Translations under genes and position numbers: made by a program
Assembly (NCBI RefSeq): GCF_004010195.1
Contig: NC_057759.1
Location: 405,518-427,324 of the forward strand
DNA length: 21,807 nt
Origin: Chiloscyllium plagiosum
Taxonomy: Eukaryota
Reading direction: 5' to 3'
Part shown: positions 1 to 8,739 of the stretch, piece after piece
Position numbering within the stretch: the first letter of the stretch is position 1
Layout of the letters: every line of letters starts with the position of its first letter
Notes under the pieces: generated by a model
What the model was told of the DNA's origin: nothing
Database searches by the model: none
What the model saw: only the letters and a program-made list of their open reading frames with translations

Positions 1-39
1 CAGCCTTAGTCAGGAGGAATCAGATTATGCTTCGTGTCA

Positions 40-155
40 GAAGGGCTCGTCGCTGAAGGGCTACTGAGGGTATATTTCGTAACTAACTTATAGCCAGACA
101 TCTAGAAAAAGATTCAAAAGCTAGTGGAGTCATTGCAGGAAGCTCAAAGTGTCTG
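40..155 (+). pseudogene. gag: ERV gag capsid C-terminal fragment
   Basis: Frame +1 reads EGLVAEGLLRVYFVTNL*PDI*KKIQKLVESLQEAQ, matching the gamma-type CA end (FxxxSxPDIxKKLQKL...LxEAQKV); contains 2 stops. Confidence 0.75.
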
Positions 156-1047
156 TGTGATATGGTGCCTGTGTGTGTGTGAGAGAGAGAAAAGAAAAGC
201 TGTACAGCTAACAGAAAGTTTAACCCTTTGTGATTCGGTTTGAATGCACATTTGTTTGTTGGTGATTGAATGTTTGTGCTTTGTTCCCTGGAGCTTCAGA
301 TCTGGGACTGTTTTGAATCTGATTTCTATTATGGAAATTTTAACATGATTTCTTTTAAGGTTAAGGATTTTACAGATTATGAAATAAAATGTTAACTCCT
401 GCTCTTTTTACAGGTCATGACTGCCTTACTATCGGTTTCTAACTAGTCTCTTTTATCCTTACATAAAAGCGATTTATGGAGGACAGTTGAAGTCTCAGTT
501 CAACACTAGATTGTAATAAATCAAAAAAAAATCCTATGGTTAAAATTGGTGACCTTGGATTCGGCCATTATTCATGCATTCGAATTTTTTTTTTAACTTG
601 AATAGACAAATCCTTTTTAAGGCAGCTCTGGTTATTTCACGACCTATAGCATTGTAATTGAGCAATGACTGGTCAGGACTACTTAAGAAAACTAATTTTG
701 GATTTAAATCAGGGGACTAAAACCAGGTAATTATAATGGATTTAAAGTTGGGAACTGTATGCATTTTACATTTTAAATATTAAACACTGAATAAATGAAT
801 TTATAATATATAAATATATATTTACAAGTAAGATTCCAAAATGTATAGTTAGGAATAGGCTTTAAAGTTAGACAAACCATAAATTGTATTTGAGATTACA
901 GGGAGCAAGAAATATTGCATTATTTCTTTTTTTAAAAAAAAAATCAAGGTCTAAACAAAACATTGGGTGATGAGGAATGGCCATGAGGTGGCCCTAAAGC
1001 TGTTTAGTTGGTTAAATCGGCTCAGCAATTGATCTGGCAACGTAACA
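156..1047. mobile_element. AT-rich non-gag insert splitting gag; possible solo LTR of an unrelated element
   Basis: Gag homology stops at ~155 and resumes at 1049. The insert starts TGTGATA and ends CGTAACA (TG...CA, imperfect terminal inverted repeat). No clear TSD. Confidence 0.35.
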
Positions 1048-1048
1048 T

Positions 1049-1351
1049 GAGAAGCAGAAACAGAAGGCAAAAATAATGATAGCCACGGTTGATGAGGTAA
1101 TAAAGAAAAGGACACAACTAAAAGGAGAAGCCAACCGGAATGGTGGCGGGCAGCATGTTGAAAATAAGGGGAGGAGAAGGATTCGGGGAGGAGATGTTAA
1201 GGGGTCTGGTAGACAAGAACAAGGATCAAAGTGGAATTCCCCACAGGCAGGATGTTATTACTGTGGAAAGACAGGTCACTTTAAGAGAGAGTGTCTAGAT
1301 CTGAAAAAGGAAGTAAAGGTAGTGCCGTTTATGAACCTCAATGAAAAATAG
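1049..1351 (+). pseudogene. gag: ERV gag CA-NC end with single CCHC zinc knuckle
   Basis: EKQKQKAKIMIATVDEV..., an RG-rich linker, CYYCGKTGHFKREC (CX2CX4HX4C, 1253-1294), and TAG at 1349-1351. Confidence 0.92.
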
Positions 1352-1400
1352 GGGTGTCAGGAGTTCCTGCCCCCGGGGAGAAGTCACAAGTGACTGGTAA
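1349..1400 (+). other. gag-pol amber stop with readthrough-type context
   Basis: TAG GGG TGT CAG GAG resembles the MLV junction TAG GGA GGT CAG GGT. The downstream protease sequence is cut off after ~1400. Confidence 0.65.
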
Positions 1401-1618
1401 ACAAACAGAACTGCATGATTACAGTTGTTAAAATGTTTTAGTCACTTGTTGCGTTTCCACCCTGAATTATATAATATATATAATTAATAATTAATATTTA
1501 TAATAAATCAATTGTGTTAGCCTGAATCAATATTAATTGGCAGGATTCCGTCATACATTCTCAGTGACCTGTCATATTGATTCATGGTTAATTTAAAACA
1601 TGACTGCATTAATTCATT

Positions 1619-1743
1619 CCTGAAGAAGGGCTCATGCCCGAAACATCGGTTCTCCTGCTCCTTGGATGCTGCCTGACCTGCTGCGCTTTTCCAGCAACAC
1701 ATTTTCAGCTCTGATCTCCAGCATCTGCTGTCCTCACTTTCTC
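1619..1743 (+). mobile_element. 125-bp retroposed unit (Penelope-like terminal repeat) with 15-bp target-site duplication
   Basis: Flanked by the exact direct repeat CTGCATTAATTCATT at 1604-1618 and 1744-1758; begins with a hammerhead core. Confidence 0.8.
1620..1650 (+). ncRNA. Minimal hammerhead ribozyme motif (PLE type), probably decayed
   Basis: CTGAAGA (1620-1626), extra A, stem II GGGC-tcat-GCCC, GAAA (1640-1643), then CATC where CGTC is expected (CpG decay). Stem I is weak. Confidence 0.6.
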
Positions 1744-1787
1744 CTGCATTAATTCATTGTTAATTAAAGAATGAAAAGCTACGTTAC

Positions 1788-2694
1788 TGGCCAGTGTGTG
1801 CAGGCAGTGGCAGCAACAGCCTTATTGGGAGACGAGAGTCGGAAACTTACTTTTTGGGGAGCCTTAATAGTCAGCACCCCACATCAGGTATGGACCATAT
1901 TAAATCAGAAAGTAGGACGATGGCTCACAGACCGTAGGATCTTGAAATATGAGACAATCTTAATAGAGCAGAATGACCGTGTGTTAGTCACAGACAGTTG
2001 CTTGAATCCAGCTGCATTTCTGTGGTGGGGAGAGGGGGTGGCCCTTGGCAATCCAGAACATGACTTGATATTACTGAATATCAGACTAAAGTGCGAATGG
2101 ACTTAAGAGACGTAACATTGCATGCGGGAGTCAGTTGTTTATCGACGGGTCCTCCCAGATGATTGAGGGTAAAAGGCACAATGGATATGCTGTAGTAGAC
2201 GGAATAGAGGGAAGCGTTATCGAGGCTGAAAGACTGCCTAATGGCTGGTCAGCCCAAACTTGTGAACTCTATGCCCTAGAAAGAGCTCTCAGAACCTTAG
2301 AAAACAAAAACAAAGGAGTGGTATGTACAGACTCCAAATATGCTTTTGGAGTGGTATATACCTTTGGAAAAATTTGGCAAGAAAGAGGACCGATAAATAG
2401 CAGAGGAAAAGAACTAGTTCATGAGGAATTGATAAAACAAGTGCTGGAATCCCTGTTACTCCCGAGAGAAATAGCGATAGTTCATATAAACGGACATCAG
2501 AAGGGGAATGAACCGGAAGTAAGAGGAAATAGACTAGCTGATGAGATAGTTAAAGAAGCAACCCTGAATCCACAAGGAGCAGTGATATACTCCCTAATAC
2601 CTACAATTCCAGATCTTCAGGGTGCCTCATTGTTTACTACAAAGGGGGAAAAGGGACTAAAAGATTTAGGAGCTGCAAAGACAGCAGATGGGCT
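1788..2694 (+). pseudogene. pol: ERV pol: RT connection domain and RNase H (frameshifted)
   Basis: CVQAVAATALL..SRKLTF..TPHQV..WLTDRRILKYE..LNPAAFL, then FIDGSS..AQTCELYAL..TDSKYAFG..VHINGHQ..GNRLADE with the four acidic catalytic residues. Confidence 0.95.
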
Positions 2695-2899
2695 CTAGTT
2701 GTCACCCGAGCTGGGAGGGACCATTCCTAACCCCCCTGACTACTGAGACAGCTATCCGGACTACTGAGACAGCTATCCGGACTGCTGAGAAGGGGTGGAG
2801 TCATCACACTCACATTAAAGGTCCTGTGAATGCCCCATTGGCGGAGTGGCACGCTCATCCTACAACCCTCTGAAAGTTAAGCTGAGAAAGAAGGAATGA
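2695..2899 (+). pseudogene. pol: ERV integrase C-terminal (GPY/F) fragment
   Basis: PSWEGPFL..TTETAIRTAEKGWSHHTHIKGP, then after a frameshift PLKVKLRKKE* (TGA 2897-2899). No HHCC or DDE core. Confidence 0.85.
2739..2780 (+). repeat. Perfect 21-bp tandem duplication
   Basis: ACTACTGAGACAGCTATCCGG x2 (TTETAIR x2). Confidence 0.95.
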
Positions 2900-4253
2900 A
2901 CTGAGACAAAAGACTCTTTTAATGTTTGATGATATATATTGTTGTTGTTTGTAAGGGCTGCATGGACTCACCTCTCCCTGGCGCCTAAAAGATTAAGACA
3001 GATAGACAGGACGGTTGGCAGAGGTCAGAGATGGGCGGGTATTGGTATAGTACGGAGGCGGGAAAAATCACTTCACTTCACTATGCCAAACTTATGCTGA
3101 ACAAAAGGGACTTTCTGACTGTTGGGTCTGTGCAGAGGTCCCACACCATGGCGAATCTGGGATGCCCACCTCGGTAATATCGCTCACCAAAAGAGAAGTG
3201 TACGATGTACAACAATTTGACTCTGGCTCAAATAATACAAAGTGGAGATCTGACGGGTGAATATAACATTTTTGGATAGTTCCCTCGACCAGCCCTGAAA
3301 ACCCAGGGTGCTATCGATGGCCTTAGAGTTTCCCCACCGAAAGCAGCAGTAAATACCACCTGTTTCTGTAATCAGAATGATACCGCACCCTTCCAATTAG
3401 GAAAATCATCTTGTGTCTATACCAGCCAAGCCACTGCCATGACCATTCCCCGAATATTAAACGGAACATATTGGGTATGTGGCCTGAAGGCCTATCCATT
3501 TATTCCTGGGGAAAAATAGATTTGCATGACCGAATGTATAGGAATGCATGCATGTTATGATGTTGATGAAATACTGCCTCAAAGCCAGAAAGGCTGGAGT
3601 GGCTGCTGTTACCTCGCTTATATAGTTCCTCACCTCCGATTAGAAAAACATGAGCACTACCTGAGAAAGGAGGGGGGAATAAGACGTAAGGCCCGAGAGG
3701 TCCCTGAAGGAGATCGTCTATTGTGGACACTATTCCCAAACTACGGTGCTGCAAGAGCAGGGGTAGAAATACAGAAACTGGCGGCTGCCCTTGAGAAGTT
3801 AATTAATGAAACCGTTGACGTAATGGGAGAAACTCAGTCCCAAATATCGGCCATAACCACCGAAATGATTGCCACAAGACTAACAGCTTTACAGAATTGA
3901 ATGGCTTTAGACTACCTCTTGGCCAAAAAAGGGGGAACCTGTGCTCTGATTGGTAAGGAATGCAGCACCGTCATCCTCGACACCTCTTCCACAGTGGAAG
4001 ATAAGGCAGAAATAGTAAAGAAAAAGATAAAGAATATAAAAGAAATTGGGGATGAACTTCAAAAAGATGAGGGATGGGGATGGGCGACTGGGGACTGACT
4101 GGTTGGGGAAATTGGTTAGTTAATTTAGGCATTTATATATTACTGATGATAGTAGGTCTAATAATAGGATTTAATGTGTTAAAGTGGATAGTGAGTAAGT
4201 TGGTAATGTCTTTAAGAGGACAACAATCAATGTTGGGTGCACAAGGAAGATAG
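2896..4253 (+). pseudogene. env: ERV gamma-type envelope (SU+TM), disrupted
   Basis: Signal-like LMIYIVVVCKG; CWVC 3120-3131; NGTYWVCG; WSGCCYL; RRKAR cleavage site 3682-3696; LQN*MALDYLLAKKGGTC ISD; CALIGKECS (decayed CX6CC); TM WLVNLGIYILLMIVGLIIGF in a shifted frame; several stops and frameshifts. Confidence 0.92.
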
Positions 4254-4380
4254 CGTAGCAGATTACTCCTAGAGTTTGAAAAAAGGCAGACTTAGGAGGG
4301 CAGAAATGGCAAGATTGTTAACCTCTGCACCTTAGGGTGAAAAGAGGGCAGAAAATAAAACTGCAAAAACAACAAATGGT

Positions 4381-4401
4381 AAAAAAAAAGAAATGGGGGA
4401 G
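4381..4401 (+). other. Polypurine tract
   Basis: AAAAAAAAAGAAATGGGGGAG, one base upstream of TGTAAG. Confidence 0.75.
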
Positions 4402-4928
4402 TTGTAAGAAATGGGGAAGTGTGTTGTTTTCGCAGATATAGCAAAAAGGTAGTGATAATAAGCTTAAGTATAGTGCTGATAAATCAAATGCTTCTAAGAA
4501 AAACAAGCGTGTGCGTGCAGAAAAGGGGAACAACGGAAAACCGTTAGTGGATAATTGGGTACTAACTTTAATGCATAATTATTCTAGCAAATAATTTTTT
4601 TCATCATGATAGTTTAAATAATTTAGTCTCAGCAAACTAGCTGAGATAGCTGAAATGCATAAACTAGGCAAGAAAGGACACATTGTTAAAATATTCAGGA
4701 ATGGAATGTACCTATGAACAATGGAAGATTTTACAAGCAAACAGATAAAATGAAAGGAACATCAAGATCCAAGTTTAGCAAAATCTCCCTTATGTCAGCA
4801 CTTACAGAGGGAAGGGTCGCCAACTTGGAAAAGGGGGGAATAATAAGAGCGGATTGCAAGTTATTCAGAGAATAAAGTTGATTGGGTAATGTAGGAGTCA
4901 GAAGAGGCGACCTCACGCAGCTCAAAAG

Positions 4929-4933
4929 TATAA
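4929..4933 (+). promoter_or_regulatory. Putative LTR TATA box
   Basis: TATAA ~70 bp upstream of the poly(A) signal; inverted CCAAT (ATTGG) at ~4881. Confidence 0.5.
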
Positions 4934-4999
4934 CTGTGTACTAGTTTGAATGCTCATTGCTCATTTGCTTCTGCATTTGATGCCCTTGCAAGATCGTAG

Positions 5000-5005
5000 A
5001 ATAAA
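5000..5005 (+). terminator. LTR polyadenylation signal
   Basis: AATAAA followed by a GT/T-rich tract, 57 bp before the LTR end. Confidence 0.7.
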
Positions 5006-5145
5006 TTGTCTTGTTTCCAGTTTTGGTGGTCTTGTCTAATTTTATTAAATTTATTTCTAGCAATAATAATGACAAATACACACACAGAGAGGTGGGAGTG
5101 AACAAGAAATTGTGCGGCGGCACATCAAGACCAATGGCCACTCTC

Positions 5146-5225
5146 CCGAAGGACGGCTGCCCCGGACTCGAAACGTTGACTCCGCTTTCTCTCTGTCTGT
5201 CTCTGGACAGATGCTACCAGGCCTG
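5146..5225 (+). mobile_element. Degenerate Penelope-like terminal repeat with eroded hammerhead core
   Basis: CCGAAGGA...GGACTCGAAACGTTGACTC...CAGATGCTACCAGGCCTG; same architecture as 1619-1743. Confidence 0.5.
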
Positions 5226-5754
5226 AAGCACAAACAAGGTCCTCGGGGGTGAGTCCGAGTTCAGGATCCTGTTAAGGTTCGTTTGGCAGATGGATGACAG
5301 TGTGGGAGGGTATGCAATGGGATTAGAAGAATAGAGACAGAGACTGTTTCCTAAATGGGGAAAGGTTTCGGAAATCTGAAGCGCAAAGGGACTTGGGAGT
5401 CCGAGTTCGGGATTCTCTTCAGGTTAACAGGCAGGTTCAGTTAGCAGTTAGGAAGGCAAATGTAATGTTTGCATTCATTTCGGGAGGGTTAGAATACAAG
5501 AGCAGGGATGTACTGCTGAGGCTGTATAAGGCTCTGGTCTGACCACATTTGGATTATTGAGCGCAGTATTGGGCCCCATATCTAAGGAAGGATGTGCTGA
5601 ACTTGCAGGGAGTTCAGAGGGCGTTTACAAGAAAAATCCCAGGGATGAAACACTTCTCATATGAGGAGAGGATGAGGGCTCTGGTTCTTAACTTGATGGA
5701 GTTCAGAAAGATGAGAGAGAACCTGATTGAAACTTACAGAATATTGAGAGGCCC
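5226..5754 (+). mobile_element. CR1 LINE fragment (RT C-terminal region)
   Basis: KANVMFAFISGGLEYKSRDVLLRLYKALV*PHLDY..WAPYLRKDVL. Confidence 0.85.
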
Positions 5755-5796
5755 ATTCATGCATCTGCCTTGATACATCTTTATTGATGCTATCGT

Positions 5797-6521
5797 CTGG
5801 GGAGTGTTTCCGAACAAACAGCCCTATGGGGTGCAGGAAGACCGTTCCTTAAATGTGGCATTGCAGCTTGACACTGTGGTGAAGTAAGCGTTTGGCATGC
5901 TTGCCTTCACTGGTTAGAGCACTGATGACAGGGGTTGGGGCATCATGTTACAGCTGTACAGGATGTTGGTGAGGCCACTTTTAAAATACTGTGTACAGTC
6001 CTGGTCAACCTGCTGTAGAAAGGATGTCGTTAAGCTTGAAAGGTTATAGAAAAGATTTACAAAGATGTTATCAAGGTTGCAGGGTTTGAGTTATAAGCAG
6101 AAGCTTCATAAGCTGGGACCTTTTCTCCCCTGGAGCGTTAGAGGCTGAGGGGTGACCTTTATAGAGGTTATAAAATCACGAGGGGCACAGAAAAGGTAAA
6201 TAGGTATAGTCTTTTCCCCAATGTAGGGGTGTCCCAAACTAGTGGGCATAGGTTTAAGGTGAGAGTGGAAAGATTAAAAAGGGACCTGAGAGACAAATTT
6301 ATCACACACAGGGCAGTGATTATATGGAATGAGCTGCCAGAGGAAGTGGTAGAGGCAGGTACAATTACATGGAAGAGACGTTTGTAAAGGTACATGGATA
6401 AGAAAGGTTCAGAGAAGTATGCGTCCAATGCAGATAAATGGGGCGAGTTGAGTTTGGACAACCTTGTCAGCATGGGTGAGTTGGGCTGAAGGGCCTGTTT
6501 CCATGCTGCATGACTCTATGA
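5797..6521 (+). mobile_element. HER1-like CR1 LINE 3' end
   Basis: LQLYRMLVRPLLKYCVQ..; TSGHRFKV; WNELPEEVV; tail GGGCTGAAGGGCCTGTTTCCATGCTGCATGACTCTATGA. Confidence 0.9.
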
Positions 6522-6629
6522 AAATGGATGAGAATAACAAACTTTGCCTGAATGTACAGGAGGAGCTGTGAATATGTGGGGTCATTATACAGACCAATTT
6601 CTCTTATCAAAACACATGATTGGAACAAA

Positions 6630-6688
6630 TCACAAACTGATCCTGACAAATGTTATTTCTCTGTCCTCTGAACAGGATGTGGCCATCT
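6630..6688 (-). pseudogene. Candidate terminal cytoplasmic exon
   Basis: Acceptor cttcccaccttgacAG; phase 1 gives EMATSCSEDREITFVRISL*. ITFVRI would be an ITIM if TTT were TAT. Confidence 0.25.
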
Positions 6689-6830
6689 CTGTCAAGGTGG
6701 GAAGTGGATGCAATTCTGAAATGTCTTTGAACCAATCGACTTGCTCAGCCAGAAGGCAGTGAAGAGTTTGCAATGGTTAGGAATCACGTGCAGAGCAGAG
6801 CGGGTAAGGAGGTCAGATTTCACTCCTTTA

Positions 6831-7078
6831 AGGACCATCGCAGACAGGAACAGGAGAAGGCCATTCGGCCCCTCTAGCCTGCTCATCCATTCAATAGCAT
6901 TGTGGCTGATGCACCATTCCTCATGCTCACTTTCCTGCATTTAACATGTAACCCTCAATTCCCTGACTGATCAAGAATCTCCTGCTCCTGTTTCCACACA
7001 CAGCTCTCTGTGGCAAGGAGTTCCAACGACTCTCAACCCTCTGAAAGAAGAAACTCCTCCTCACCTCAGTCTTCAATT
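6831..7078 (-). mobile_element. CR1 LINE 3' end
   Basis: Minus strand KTEVRRSFFFQRVESRWNSLPQRAV and 3' UTR GAGGGGCCGAATGGCCTTCTCCTGTTCCT. Confidence 0.85.
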
Positions 7079-7084
7079 TTGAAC

Positions 7085-7222
7085 CAGATGGTTGTTTGTT
7101 CCTGACAACAGTCATCATTAGAGTCTTAACTCCAGATCTGTTTTTGTTTAAAATCGCATTCCAAATCCACCATCTGCCAAAGCAAGATTCAAATTCACAT
7201 CTGCAGGGCATACCCTGGGGAG
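7085..7222 (-). mobile_element. Degenerate tRNA-derived SINE 5' part (DeuSINE/SacSINE-like)
   Basis: Minus strand ...GGCAGATGGTGGATTTGGAAT...ATCTGGAGTTAAGACTCTAATGATGAC. Confidence 0.5.
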
Positions 7223-7333
7223 CTGAAAATATAGGATTTTGCTTCCCCATTATTTCAGAAACGGAAAGTGAATTTCATCAAAATTGAGACCAGAACAAGT
7301 TGCTGCACACCACTGAGCTAAACATTGATGTCG

Positions 7334-7451
7334 ACAGAATCCATACAGTGCGCAAAAGGACCATTCAGCCCATCCAGTCTGTCCTAAGCCAGTGAAGAGG
7401 ATCCCACCCAGACCCCTACCCTACCCCTGTAACCCTGCATTCACCATGGCC
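7334..7451 (-). mobile_element. HE1-like SINE 3' fragment
   Basis: Paralogous to the 3' part of the adjacent SINE (GGCCAATCC..AACCTGCACATC; LINE-shared tail). Confidence 0.7.
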
Positions 7452-7817
7452 AATCCCTCTAACCTGCACATCATAGAATCCTACGCATGGAAGCAGGCCT
7501 TTTGGCCTGTCAGGTCCATATATTGACCCTCTGAATAGCATCCGACCCAGACCTACCACCTCTCCAATCCCTGTATGCCTGCATTTCCCATGACTATGCC
7601 TCTTAGCGTGCATAACTCTCACACTATGGGCAACTTAGCAAGGCCAATCCATCTAAACTGCACATCTTTGGACTGTGGGAGGAAACCGGAGAACCTGGAG
7701 AAGACCCATGCAGAGAAAGGGAGAATGTGCAAACTCCCAATAAACAGTCACCCAGGGCTGGAATTGTTCCTGGGACCCTGGCGCTGTGAGGCAACAATGG
7801 TAACCACTGTGCCACCC
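7452..7817 (-). mobile_element. HE1 SINE (V-SINE), near full length
   Basis: Head GGGTGGCACAGTGGTTACCATTGTTGCCTCACAGCGCCAGGG; core GGAGTTTGCACATTCTCCC...GGTTTCCTCCCACAGTCCAAAGATGTGCAG; HER1-shared tail. Confidence 0.9.
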
Positions 7818-7844
7818 AATGTTTTTGCCGCTGGCCATGCAGGG

Positions 7845-8060
7845 GTTGGTTAGCTCAGTTGATTCTATAGTAGGCTTACAATGTACAGTCACATTGACAG
7901 CTTGCGTTCAATTGCAGGTCTGGTAGAGATTGCTGTGAGTGATCATTCCCTGTGCTTTAGATGTGGTGTCCTTCAGGTTAAACCATAAAACAGTTGTTTG
8001 CCTTTTCTCCCCCACACCTCTTTCTCCCTCTCTCTAATGAGACAATGGTGACTTCACATT
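7845..8060 (+). mobile_element. Degenerate tRNA-derived SINE
   Basis: A-box-like GGTTAGCTCAGTTG and B-box-like GTTCAATTGC; related head at 15972-16024. Confidence 0.6.
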
Positions 8061-8102
8061 AATCACCTGCTAAAAACATAACTTTGCTGATTAAAAATTA
8101 AC

Positions 8103-8164
8103 TGCCCTCTTTTTCACTGCAAAATAACTTGTACTTTTCCTCCCTGATGCACTATTGGAGTGAG
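8103..8164 (-). pseudogene. Candidate cytoplasmic exon with ITSM-like motif
   Basis: Strong acceptor cttctcttttattttcAG; phase 1 gives HSNSASGRKSTSYFAVKKRA (TxYxxV); weak donor GTTAAT. Confidence 0.45.
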
Positions 8165-8214
8165 CTGAAAATAAAAGAGAAGACACTTTACCAATGGTGC
8201 GTATCTAAATGAAG

Positions 8215-8665
8215 TGGGAGAGGGTGCACAGGGAGATTTACCAGCATATTGCCTTGGGGGCTGCAGAGTTTCAGTGATTGAGAGAGGTTGGACAGACTGG
8301 AGTTGTTGTTCTTACAGCAGAGTAGATTGAAGGAGAGGGATGTATAAAATGATGAGGGATGAAGATAGAGGAGGCAGGAAGAAACTTTCCCCGCTTAACG
8401 GAGGTGGGGAAGGGGTATAGAGTAAAGGTAAGGGCCAGGAGGTTTCAAGGGGATGTGAGGAAAATCTTGTTCACCCAGAAGGTGGTGTGCAATCTGTAAG
8501 TCACTGCCTGTGAGGGTGGAAGACGCAGAAACTCTCATTACATTGAAGGAGGATTTAAATGTGCACTCGTGACGCCAAGTGCTGGGGAAATGGGATTAGA
8601 GAATATCGAGATGGTTGTTTCTGACCAGCACAGACTCTGGCCTTTTTCTGGGATGCAGATTTCTC
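8215..8665 (+). mobile_element. CR1 LINE 3' end, degenerate
   Basis: ERVHREIY.., GAGAGGTTGGACAGACTGG, GGATGTGAGGAAAATCTTGTTCACCCAGAAGGTGGTG. Confidence 0.8.
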
Positions 8666-8739
8666 AAAAAATATGACTAACTCACCTTTGAGATGTGTAA
8701 TCTACATCCAAGATACTATCTAGCATGATTTTGTACATT

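Larger units (their letters stand above)
1..5062 (+). mobile_element. Degenerate class I (gamma/epsilon-like) endogenous retrovirus, 3' portion; 5' LTR and most of gag lie outside the window
   Basis: Collinear gag CA/NC, TAG junction, RT connection, RNase H, IN C-terminus, env with CWVC and immunosuppressive domain, PPT and TG...CA LTR. Confidence 0.95.
4403..5062 (+). repeat. ERV 3' LTR (~660 bp)
   Basis: Starts TGTAAGAAAT and ends ATTTCTAGCA (8/10 inverted match); contains TATAA, AATAAA and a T/GT-rich U5. Confidence 0.8.

Noticed and set aside
2896..4253. Domesticated (syncytin-like) env gene
   Set aside because: Multiple stops and frameshifts, including in the signal region and ISD, and loss of CX6CC.
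4336..4350. Alternative PPT (GAAAAGAGGG) and LTR start
   Set aside because: Not followed by TG, whereas 4403 has TG and an inverted match to the LTR end.
7750..7920. tRNA genes
   Set aside because: The A/B-box-like motifs are heads of two divergently oriented SINEs, and no cloverleaf is evident.
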